IMG/VR virus record: IMGVR_UViG_3300005805_000336
Location: 1 to 29,016 of that record
Strand: one strand, 5' to 3'
DNA: 29,016 nt
From: a virus
Taxonomy: Duplodnaviria; Caudoviricetes
Shown here in pieces: positions 17,711 through 24,329 of the stretch. The position numbers and the translations under genes are program-made. The notes under the pieces are model-generated. The model ran no database searches. It worked only from the letters and a program-made list of their open reading frames with translations, and was not told the DNA's origin. Numbering within the stretch: position 1 is the stretch's first letter; every line of letters starts with the position of its first letter.

Positions 17711-17919
17711 GTCTTGCGTTCGTTCCACGGCCGCAGCGCCTCGTCCTCTGCGCGGCTGCCGGATCGCAGCAGGCGAGCGAATGGCCCTGTTGCGAGGCAT
17801 TGGCCGCATTGCACGCTCACCGTCCGCTGCATGTGGTTCCAGTTGAAGGTGTGGCGCGGGTCGCGCGTGCCGGCGTTTCCGCAATGGGGGCACGGCAGCA
17901 CGTCAGTGGAACTCGTCAT
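17665..17919 (-). CDS. Cassette 7 Lar-like zinc-ribbon protein
   Basis: LPCPHCG...VQCGQCLATGP...WNER pattern; GGAG RBS; reads through into attC6. Confidence 0.72.
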   Translation of the reverse strand: MTSSTDVLPCPHCGNAGTRDPRHTFNWNHMQRTVSVQCGQCLATGPFARLLRSGSRAEDEALRPWNERKTPNAGAKAPAKGASP

Positions 17920-18151
17920 CGTCGTCTCTCCATTGGTGGCACAGGCACTCGCAGTCGTCGTCGTGCTGCTCGCGGCTGTCAATGTCGCGGTCGTAGCGCA
18001 GCAGCGCGCACAGCCGCGCCGAGTCGCTCACGCAGGCGCAGCCGTAGGTGCCGCGCGGGCCGTCTTGGTCGCGCTCCGGCACCGGCCGCCCAACCCCTCG
18101 CTCAACCGGAGAGCCCACAGCGGGCGCCTCGGCGTTCGTTGCATCCGTCAT
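17903..18151 (-). CDS. Cassette 7 Cys-rich hypothetical protein starting inside attC7
   Basis: ATG overlaps the upstream stop (ATGA); CAC...C...CECLCH. Confidence 0.65.
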   Translation of the reverse strand: MTDATNAEAPAVGSPVERGVGRPVPERDQDGPRGTYGCACVSDSARLCALLRYDRDIDSREQHDDDCECLCHQWRDDDDEFH

Positions 18152-18181
18152 GTGGGCTCCCGGTTAGCTCGAACGTTAGGG
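18088..18181 (+). repeat. attC site 7 (94 bp)
   Basis: GCCCAAC-CCCTC-GCTCAACC-ggagagcccaca...tgtgggctccc-GGTTAGC-TCGAAC-GTTAGGG. Confidence 0.92.
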
Positions 18182-18549
18182 CTCTCTTCGTCGGGCGGGC
18201 TGTAGTCCCACTTAGCAATCAGCGCCATCGCTTGCGGCGGCAGCGGGTTCGCCACCAGTTCGGCCCGCGCACGCACCCAGCCGGCGCAAATCTTGCCATC
18301 CAGCGGGCTGTGGCACTGAAACGGCTTTCCTTCCGCCGCAGCTTTCAGAAAGTCCATCTGCGTCTGCAAGCACCCGTTCGGCACGCTTCCAGGCTGGCAT
18401 GCGCAGGTCTTGCACATGTCGTCGCGCAGTCCTGGGCCTTTCACGCCGTAGAGCCCCATTTCCACCAGCCGGGCGCGGCCAAGCTCAGCCAGGCGCGCGG
18501 CGCTCTTTCCCATTGCGCGGCCCTCGGGTGTCACTCTGCTGTGTGTCAT
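18148..18549 (-). CDS. Cassette 8 hypothetical protein (CxxCxC...CH...CAGW)
   Basis: AAGGA RBS; MCKTCAC, PFQCH and ICAGW motifs; reads through into attC7. Confidence 0.78.
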   Translation of the reverse strand: MTHSRVTPEGRAMGKSAARLAELGRARLVEMGLYGVKGPGLRDDMCKTCACQPGSVPNGCLQTQMDFLKAAAEGKPFQCHSPLDGKICAGWVRARAELVANPLPPQAMALIAKWDYSPPDEESPNVRANREPT

Positions 18550-18577
18550 GCCTATATCCTTTCGCTTCGGCTGCCAG

Positions 18578-18636
18578 CCCTAACTGGTCGCTCAACCGGG
18601 CCGCCGAAGGCGGTCCGGTTAGCTCCAACGTTGGGC
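18578..18636 (+). repeat. attC site 8 (59 bp)
   Basis: CCCTAAC-TGGTC-GCTCAACC-gggccgccgaaggcggtcc-GGTTAGC-TCCAAC-GTTGGGC. Confidence 0.93.
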
Positions 18637-18642
18637 CGCCCG

Positions 18643-18843
18643 CTACTCGCTGCGCTGCTGCTTGCGCAACTTTGCGGCATCGCGCGTCACCAGCTCGCGC
18701 ACGCGATCCGGCCCGATCAGCAGCGCATCGGCCCACTGCGCGTCGGTCATGCGGATCTTCCGCACGGCCATCACTTCGCCGCTGGAGTCCTTGGGCTTGC
18801 GCCCTTGGCCTCTTCCGGGGCCGCCGCGCTTTGGTTGTTCCAT
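18643..18843 (-). CDS. Cassette 9 small DNA-binding protein (RGG.GRGQGRKP plus RHH-like)
   Basis: KRGGPGRGQGRKP...VRKIRMTDAQW. Confidence 0.7.
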   Translation of the reverse strand: MEQPKRGGPGRGQGRKPKDSSGEVMAVRKIRMTDAQWADALLIGPDRVRELVTRDAAKLRKQQRSE

Positions 18844-18989
18844 CCTGCCACCTCTTCCACGCACGTCTCGAACTGGCTGTCTGTCATCCCGGTGGTGTCC
18901 ACGTCTTCGGGATGGGTGTCATGCGGGTGGCGCCAGGCGAAGCGGCCTTGCCGCAGCACCAGCCGCCACCCTTCGGCGGCAAGGCTCAC
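18771..18989 (-). CDS. Cassette 9 small hypothetical protein
   Basis: GTG overlaps the upstream TGA; AAGAAGG RBS-like sequence. Confidence 0.5.
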   Translation of the reverse strand: MSLAAEGWRLVLRQGRFAWRHPHDTHPEDVDTTGMTDSQFETCVEEVAGWNNQSAAAPEEAKGASPRTPAAK

Positions 18990-19147
18990 GCCTTCTTGCT
19001 CCGCAGCTCGTCGTAAACCTCGCCGGCCAGCTTCATAAACGTACCTTCGCCGAGCACTGCATCGATGGCCTGCTGCACGGTCATGCCGGCTTGCATCTTG
19101 GCGAGGATCTTGGCGCTGATCGTGGCGTTCTTGAAGACTTGGTTCAT
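18986..19147 (-). CDS. Cassette 9 small hypothetical protein (53 aa)
   Basis: MNQVFKNATISAKIL...; ATG about 30 bp downstream of the -10 box. Confidence 0.65.
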   Translation of the reverse strand: MNQVFKNATISAKILAKMQAGMTVQQAIDAVLGEGTFMKLAGEVYDELRSKKA

Positions 19148-19177
19148 GTCGTGCTGCGTTGCGTTGTCGATGGGTGT

Positions 19178-19206
19178 ACTGTAGCCACGCAATCCAACAT
19201 CGTCAA
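19178..19206 (-). promoter_or_regulatory. Sigma70-type promoter internal to cassette 9
   Basis: TTGACG-17 nt-TACAGT on the minus strand, with an A-tract upstream. Confidence 0.72.
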
Positions 19207-19239
19207 GCACTTTTTGTGGCCGCGCAATCAAGTCGCGCA

Positions 19240-19273
19240 CAAGCTCCGGTGGTCGCCTGCAAGCTCCGGTGGT
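19240..19273. repeat. 14-bp direct repeat with 20-bp period
   Basis: CAAGCTCCGGTGGT at 19240-19253 and 19260-19273. Confidence 0.85.
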
Positions 19274-19294
19274 TGCGCGCTCCGGCAAGGCCCG

Positions 19295-19367
19295 GCCCAA
19301 CAAAGCCAGTGCAGCCGACTCGCTACGGCCTTCGGCCTTCGCTCACGGCTGACTGCCGGCGTTAGGC
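19295..19367 (+). repeat. attC site 9 (73 bp)
   Basis: GCCCAAC-AAAGCC-AGTGCAGC...GCTGACT-GCCGGC-GTTAGGC (left spacer is 6 nt). Confidence 0.85.
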
Positions 19368-19715
19368 GCTCAGTGGCGGCACAGGCAGCCAATGCGTCGG
19401 GTTCGGCCCGAGCGGGTTGCTGTCGGCCGTTGTCGCATCGTCGTAAACCCATCCGCTCCACTCTTCGCCGTCAAGGTAGCTGGCAGCCACCCACGGCGTA
19501 TAGCCCGGCGTGGTGTCGTTCACCAGAACCATCGTGCCGTCGTGTGGCGCAGTGGCTATCGGCAACCACGCGCCTAACCCCTCGCTGAACGCCGCGGCGA
19601 CGCAGCCCTCGGTCGCGCAGTAGACCGGCTGCGAGCCGAGCAGTCCCGGTCCGATGACGAGCGAGCCGAGGAAGGTGTCTGCGCCGCAGTGGGCGCACTT
19701 GCCGACGGGGCGCAT
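19362..19715 (-). CDS. Cassette 10 fusion: Cys-containing N-terminus plus DUF551-like domain
   Basis: ATG overlaps the upstream TGA; CAHC..CATEGC, then FSEGLG (half attC), then WLPIATAPHDG...PTHWLPVP; stop in R' of attC9. Confidence 0.72.
   Translation of the reverse strand: MRPVGKCAHCGADTFLGSLVIGPGLLGSQPVYCATEGCVAAAFSEGLGAWLPIATAPHDGTMVLVNDTTPGYTPWVAASYLDGEEWSGWVYDDATTADSNPLGPNPTHWLPVPPLSA
19572..19591 (+). repeat. Truncated attC (R'' and L'' only)
   Basis: GCCTAAC-CCCTC-GCTGAACG with no matching L'/R' downstream. Confidence 0.75.
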
Positions 19716-20017
19716 CAGTGCCCCCCTTTCGCCGCCTCGGCTATGTCGGAAGCGGTTTGTGGCGCCAGAACGAATCTCACCCACTTGCGCGGGTTGCGGC
19801 GCTGCCGAAGGCCATTCTCGCGAAGCCAAATGGCGTATGCGGTTGTCTTCAGGCCGAGCCCGATCTCTTCCATGTGCGCGACCTCGACCTCCTCCCAATC
19901 CGTTTTTTCGACCACAAGGACCTTCAGGATGGTCTGCGCGAGTAGGTCAGGCTGGCCGCGTATCGGCTTTCTGATATCAGCAAGCCGCGCCCAGGCGGCT
20001 CGTGCTGCTTCGTTCAT
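19715..20017 (-). CDS. Hypothetical protein
   Basis: AAGGAG RBS; translationally coupled at both ends. Confidence 0.7.
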   Translation of the reverse strand: MNEAARAAWARLADIRKPIRGQPDLLAQTILKVLVVEKTDWEEVEVAHMEEIGLGLKTTAYAIWLRENGLRQRRNPRKWVRFVLAPQTASDIAEAAKGGH

Positions 20018-20316
20018 CAGTGTGCTCCTTTCGCCGCCTCAGCCTCTTTCGCGGCCATCCTGCGGCCGTAGCCGATGCAGGCGGCCATGATGCCCTCGGA
20101 CTGCACGAGGCCGACCTGGGCGCCCATCGCGGCCGTGATGGCGGCCATGAGGCCGTGCCAGAAGAGCAGGCGCTCGGCGTGCGTCATGCCATCGCATGCG
20201 ACCTTCGTGACGAGCGGAAGCACGGCGTCGGCCACCTGAGCGCCGACCATCATCGGCGGCGCCATGATGTCGATCTCGAAGTCGTGTTGCGCGAGCGGTT
20301 CGGGTTCGGTGCTCAT
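20017..20316 (-). CDS. Hypothetical protein
   Basis: MSTEPEPL start; stop overlaps the next ATG. Confidence 0.7.
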   Translation of the reverse strand: MSTEPEPLAQHDFEIDIMAPPMMVGAQVADAVLPLVTKVACDGMTHAERLLFWHGLMAAITAAMGAQVGLVQSEGIMAACIGYGRRMAAKEAEAAKGAH

Positions 20317-20453
20317 CGGTGCGGCCCTTTCCACTGCTGCTGGTCGTCGCGATCCATGCTCATCACCAAGCATGCCATGAGCATCACGCCAAGCGTGCCG
20401 CCGATGGAAAGGCCAAGCGCGCCTCAGGCGAGCGCGAGGCCGGTGAATCTCAC
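20313..20453 (-). pseudogene. Small membrane protein gene interrupted by an in-frame TGA
   Basis: MRFTGLALA*GALGLSIGGTLGVMLMACLVMS...; coupled to both neighbours (GTGA, ATGA). Confidence 0.5.
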
Positions 20454-20659
20454 GACCTCTTCCCCTTTGCCGGCCGCGTCTCCAGGCCCCGCAGGAACTC
20501 GTCGACGGTGGCGCGGCGCCAGGACAGGCGGCGGGTGTTCAAGCGCGGCGGCAGCCAGTCGGCGCCGCCACGCGCGACGGCGCTGCGGATGGCGGCCTCG
20601 GTGCGGCCGAGCAGCTTTGCCATCTCGGGCACGTATAGGACTTGCGCTTCGGTGCTCAT
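20450..20659 (-). CDS. Excisionase/AlpA-like HTH protein
   Basis: VLYVPEMAKLLGRTEAAIR...LPP...RRLSWRRATVDEFL. Confidence 0.78.
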   Translation of the reverse strand: MSTEAQVLYVPEMAKLLGRTEAAIRSAVARGGADWLPPRLNTRRLSWRRATVDEFLRGLETRPAKGKRS

Positions 20660-20669
20660 GGGATCCTCG

Positions 20670-21188
20670 TCAGGTGGTGGAAGTGTTGCCGGCTGCGGCC
20701 GCGCCGCCGTCGCCGTCGAACAGGTCGGGCGGCCCTTCGATCTCGACGCGCGCGCCGTCTTGCACGCGCTTCGCCAGCTCGGCGATGTCGCCGCTGCTCG
20801 GATAGAGCGACACGCTGCAGGTGACGTCGACAGTGCCGCCGTCGCGCGGCTGCAGGGCGAACTTCTTCACCTCGCACCCGGCGAAGCTGGCGCCGTCGAT
20901 CTTCACGCTGGCGCTGGTGATCGCGTTCGCGTAGGCCACCGGGCGCATGAAGCCGTTGCGCGCGGCCATGATCCCGCCCGACTCGGCGCGCCATAGGAAG
21001 GCTTCGAGGGCCTCGTCGAAGTAGGCGCAGAGCGCACGGTCTACCTTCGTGAAGGCGAGCTTCACGTCGACGGCCAGGATCTTCTCGTCGTCGGGGCCTT
21101 CCTTGCGCACGTTGAGGTGCTTGATCTCGGCGATGCCGGCCAGGCGGAAGACCGGGCGCTTCGGGGTGGTGGTGGTGTCGGTGCTCAT
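20670..21188 (-). CDS. Conserved phage hypothetical protein
   Basis: 172 aa with phage-like codon usage; HLNVRKEG..E..LAVDVKL. Confidence 0.78.
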   Translation of the reverse strand: MSTDTTTTPKRPVFRLAGIAEIKHLNVRKEGPDDEKILAVDVKLAFTKVDRALCAYFDEALEAFLWRAESGGIMAARNGFMRPVAYANAITSASVKIDGASFAGCEVKKFALQPRDGGTVDVTCSVSLYPSSGDIAELAKRVQDGARVEIEGPPDLFDGDGGAAAAGNTSTT

Positions 21189-21191
21189 GGC

Positions 21192-21626
21192 CTAGAAGGG
21201 AATGTCGTCGTCCATGTCGTCGAAGCCGGTGCCCGTGCCCTTCGCAGCGGGCCGCGGCGCCGGTGCAGCTGCGCGCGGTGCCGGTGCGGGCGCGGCCTGG
21301 CGCTGCTCGCCGCCTTCGCGGCTGCCGGCGAACTGCAGGTCGTCGATCCGCACGGCCAGCTTCCAGCCCGGCGAGCCGTCGCGCTTCTCGAACGTCTCGA
21401 CGCACGGCTCTCCGATGATCTCGATCTGAGTGCCCTTCTTCAGGTAGTCGGCCAGCTTCTCGGCGCGCGTGCCCCACAAGGTGCAGTCGATCCACTGCGT
21501 CGGCTGCTCGCCGTCGACTTTGCGGCCGTGGTTGTAGGCCGCGGAGAAGGCCGCGACGGGCGTGCCGTCGGGGCTGTAGCGCACCTCGGCGTCGCGGCCG
21601 AGGCGGCAGAGTCCGATCAGTTTCAT
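21192..21626 (-). CDS. ssb: Single-stranded DNA-binding protein
   Basis: RLGRDAEVRY...YLKKGTQI...; acidic tail DDDIPF. Confidence 0.95.
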   Translation of the reverse strand: MKLIGLCRLGRDAEVRYSPDGTPVAAFSAAYNHGRKVDGEQPTQWIDCTLWGTRAEKLADYLKKGTQIEIIGEPCVETFEKRDGSPGWKLAVRIDDLQFAGSREGGEQRQAAPAPAPRAAAPAPRPAAKGTGTGFDDMDDDIPF

Positions 21627-21628
21627 GC

Positions 21629-21817
21629 TCAGTGCACTCCTTGGACGTTGACGAGGATCGAGGCGTCGACCACGGCGTAGGCCGCGCGCTCGGCGCCGCG
21701 CTTCGTGGCGTAGGCCTCGCCGCTGTCGGCCACCGTGCGGCCGGTCGCGGCCTTCATGCGCCAGCGCCAGCCGTCGGCGGCCTTGTAGACGGTGATGGTG
21801 TAGGTCTTGAATTTCAT
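21629..21817 (-). CDS. YegP/DUF1508-like protein
   Basis: YKAADGWRWRMKAATGRTVADSGEAYATKRGA. Confidence 0.8.
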   Translation of the reverse strand: MKFKTYTITVYKAADGWRWRMKAATGRTVADSGEAYATKRGAERAAYAVVDASILVNVQGVH

Positions 21818-21869
21818 GCTGCCGGTCTTTCGTGGTGCTGGGGCGGCGCGAGGCCGCCCTGGGTTGTGA

Positions 21870-22583
21870 TCAGCGGCGAGCCGCCAGGGTCTGCTTCTCG
21901 AACACGCGCACGCCCGGCAGGTTCGTCGCCATTCCGGTCGCACGCACCTGGGCGCGCAGCCTCACGGAGTCGACGGCCAGCAGCGCCAGCAGCTCGGGGC
22001 GCTGCGCGACGTGCTGAACCAGCGCCAGCAGGTCGACGACCTCGAAGTCGACGGTGGTGCTGGTGCTGATGCCCTTCACGGCCGGCGGCGCCGGCACGGC
22101 CGCGGGAGGCGCGACGACCATCTGCGCGACCTGATCCTTCACGGCAGCCTCGCCGGTGCGGCCCTCGGCGGCTAGGGCCTTCGCCTCGGCCTCGAGGCGC
22201 TCGCGCTCGGCTTGAGCGGCACGCTCGCGCGCTAGGCGATCCTCCTCGGCCTTGCGCTGCTCCTCGCGCTGCCAGCCGAGCATCTTCTGCTTCAGGATGC
22301 CCTCGGCCTGCTCGAGCAGCGCGATCGGCGGCTTGAACAGCGCCATGACGGCGGCCTTCGCGGCGTCGAGCGGCTTCGTGATGCCGAGGCGCTTCTCGTT
22401 CAGCGCGTCGATCTTGCGCTTGATCGCCTTGAGCTCGTCGGCCGCGATCTCGAATGTTGCGGCGTCGACGACCTCGAAGGACTGCACGAGGTCGAGCGCG
22501 CTGGCGGCGCCGCGCTGCAGGTCGGCGCTGCTGGGCGCTGCGATCGCGACGCTAGCGGGGATGGTGGCGGTGGTGTCGTTCAC
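21870..22583 (-). CDS. Coiled-coil phage protein of the recombination module
   Basis: GTG overlaps the exonuclease stop; ITKPLDAAK..., LPGVRVFE. Confidence 0.75.
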   Translation of the reverse strand: MNDTTATIPASVAIAAPSSADLQRGAASALDLVQSFEVVDAATFEIAADELKAIKRKIDALNEKRLGITKPLDAAKAAVMALFKPPIALLEQAEGILKQKMLGWQREEQRKAEEDRLARERAAQAERERLEAEAKALAAEGRTGEAAVKDQVAQMVVAPPAAVPAPPAVKGISTSTTVDFEVVDLLALVQHVAQRPELLALLAVDSVRLRAQVRATGMATNLPGVRVFEKQTLAARR

Positions 22584-23203
22584 TTGGTGGCTTCCTTCCA
22601 GGAGTGCAGCGCCAAGCATGCCATGAAGCATGCTGAATCGCTGTGATTCGTGAATCGGTGCAAACGATAGGTGCCGTCGTCAAACAGATGAACGCTGGCG
22701 CGGCGGATCTGAGAGCCTGGTCCGAGGTCGGCGTCGTTGACGTGCAGCAGCTCCTCGTAGGCAGCCAACTGCACGCCGAAGGACGGGTGCGGCTGCAGGC
22801 CGGTCTTGCGGTCGACCAGCACGATGTCGGTGCCGTGCCCGCGCCACGCGCGCATCCGCACCAGGCCGTCAAGCGTGCCGGCGTAGCGAAGCGTCGGGTG
22901 GTAGAGCCGCTGCTCGGTGGCGAGCACCTCGACGTCGTTCTCGATCTTGAAGCGGCGCCAGGCGTGCACGCAAGCCATGACGCGCGCATCGGTGCCGTCG
23001 TCGTCGAGCTCGCCCAGGTCGTCGAGTTCGCAGGCTAGGTGCACGGCCAAACCGAAGGCGCGCGCGGCTTCGAGCAGCTGCGGCGGCACCGCGCTGAAGT
23101 CAGGGCCGATGCCGGCGCCCTTGAGCAGCTGGGTGACGCTCGGCAGCCTCACGCCGTCGAGGGCGTAGGTGTGCGAGGCCTCGTCGAATGAGAAGAAGGG
23201 CAT
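22580..23203 (-). CDS. PD-(D/E)XK exonuclease
   Basis: FDEASHTY, LPSVTQLL, G..VH, YAGTLD...VDRKTG...QLAAY. Confidence 0.85.
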   Translation of the reverse strand: MPFFSFDEASHTYALDGVRLPSVTQLLKGAGIGPDFSAVPPQLLEAARAFGLAVHLACELDDLGELDDDGTDARVMACVHAWRRFKIENDVEVLATEQRLYHPTLRYAGTLDGLVRMRAWRGHGTDIVLVDRKTGLQPHPSFGVQLAAYEELLHVNDADLGPGSQIRRASVHLFDDGTYRLHRFTNHSDSACFMACLALHSWKEATK

Positions 23204-24078
23204 CACGCGCCCCGCTTCAGCAGCTCGGCCTTCACCGTGTCGAAGTCGGCCTTCGACAGCTTGCCGGCCTCGATCACCACTCCATGCAAGCCGACGGCCG
23301 CGGCCACCTCGGCCAGATCGGCGCCGATGCTGCGCGCCTTGTTGCCCAGGTAGGCGATCTCGCCCTGGCCGACCATGCGGTCGCCGCTAGGCGCGGGCGC
23401 GGCGGCCTGGACCGGCGCCGTCACAGCCGCATTCTCCTCGGCGCTCGCGCCGGCGCTAGTGGCAGGCGTCGCGTCGACTACGTCGGCCGGCGCCGGTGCG
23501 GCGCTGGGCCGTGGCTTGCGCGCCACCGTCGGGCCTGCAGGCGGCTGAACGACAGTGGTGCCGTCGGACTGGGTGGCGACGACGTCGAGATCCTGCGCTT
23601 CCTCGGTGACGATCGCGCCGCCCAGCGCTGCCGGGAAGGTCGCGCGCACGCCCTCGGCGATGCACCGGGCGCGCAGCATGGCGCGCGGTGTCCGCTTCCA
23701 ATTGTCCTTGTTCAGCAGGCCGGCGCGGGCAGCCATGTCGAGGTTCCACTCGATCCGCACGCTGCCGCCCTTCGGGTGGCTGAACGTGCCGCTCACGACC
23801 TGCTCGGTGAAGTCGTGCCACTGCACGCTGCCGCCGGCCTGCTGAAAGCGGGCGAGCACGCTGTGCGTCTTGCGCGCCGGGCGGCCTTGGATGACGTCGT
23901 AGTCCTGCGCCACGCTGGCCGGATGCAGGCCCTCGGCGTCGGCGATCAGCATCAGCGCGTAGGCTTGCTGCGGCGTCTGGATGCCGAACAGCTTCGACTC
24001 GGCCAGGGCGCCGGCCATGTCGCGCATGTCGGTGAGGGAGAAGGCGCGCTGCTCGCGCACCGCAGGTAGGTTGCTCAT
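23203..24078 (-). CDS. RecT/Red-beta-like single-strand annealing protein
   Basis: GLHP....YDVIQGRP, AARAGL..KDNWKRTPRAMLRARC...RATFP; adjacent to exonuclease and SSB. Confidence 0.75.
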   Translation of the reverse strand: MSNLPAVREQRAFSLTDMRDMAGALAESKLFGIQTPQQAYALMLIADAEGLHPASVAQDYDVIQGRPARKTHSVLARFQQAGGSVQWHDFTEQVVSGTFSHPKGGSVRIEWNLDMAARAGLLNKDNWKRTPRAMLRARCIAEGVRATFPAALGGAIVTEEAQDLDVVATQSDGTTVVQPPAGPTVARKPRPSAAPAPADVVDATPATSAGASAEENAAVTAPVQAAAPAPSGDRMVGQGEIAYLGNKARSIGADLAEVAAAVGLHGVVIEAGKLSKADFDTVKAELLKRGA

Positions 24079-24130
24079 GGGTGGTTGTCGTCCTGTGATG
24101 CCGCCGGTCTATCGCCGAGCGCGCATCGCA

Positions 24131-24159
24131 ATGCTACATCGTAGCGGAGCGCGGCGCAA
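24131..24159 (-). promoter_or_regulatory. Leftward early promoter (PL-like)
   Basis: TTGCGC-17 nt-TAGCAT on the minus strand. Confidence 0.55.
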
Positions 24160-24300
24160 CTTGCAGTAGCATGCAAGGCGAAAAAATGCCGGGACAGCGG
24201 CCCCGGCTTTCACAGTCTTCTTGCACTTCGCCCCTACATCAGCAGCGCCAGCGCCGCGGTGGTATCCGAGTGCATAGGTGGGGATTTTGTTCCTCGGGGC

Positions 24301-24329
24301 TTGCAATATCAGGCTATCGGAAATAGCAT
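24301..24329 (+). promoter_or_regulatory. Rightward early promoter (PR-like)
   Basis: TTGCAA-17 nt-TAGCAT upstream of the Cro-like gene. Confidence 0.62.

Larger units (their letters stand above)
14337..19591 (+). mobile_element. Integron-type gene cassette array without integrase (CALIN-like), about 10 cassettes with inverted ORFs
   Basis: Nine complete attC sites in the same orientation, spaced 0.3-1.2 kb apart, separating 1-3 ORFs each; half sites at both ends. Confidence 0.92.

Noticed and set aside
14547-19367. Repeats read as a CRISPR array, REP elements or terminators
   Set aside because: Units are 52-100 bp, differ in sequence, are separated by whole genes, lack U-tracts and keep the R/L box asymmetry specific to attC.
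14346-19588. Plus-strand ORFs in the array (e.g. 16836..17675, 17800..19038, 18662..19588) as canonical forward cassette genes
   Set aside because: No recognisable motifs, they cross attC sites arbitrarily, and they are antisense shadows of motif-bearing minus-strand genes.
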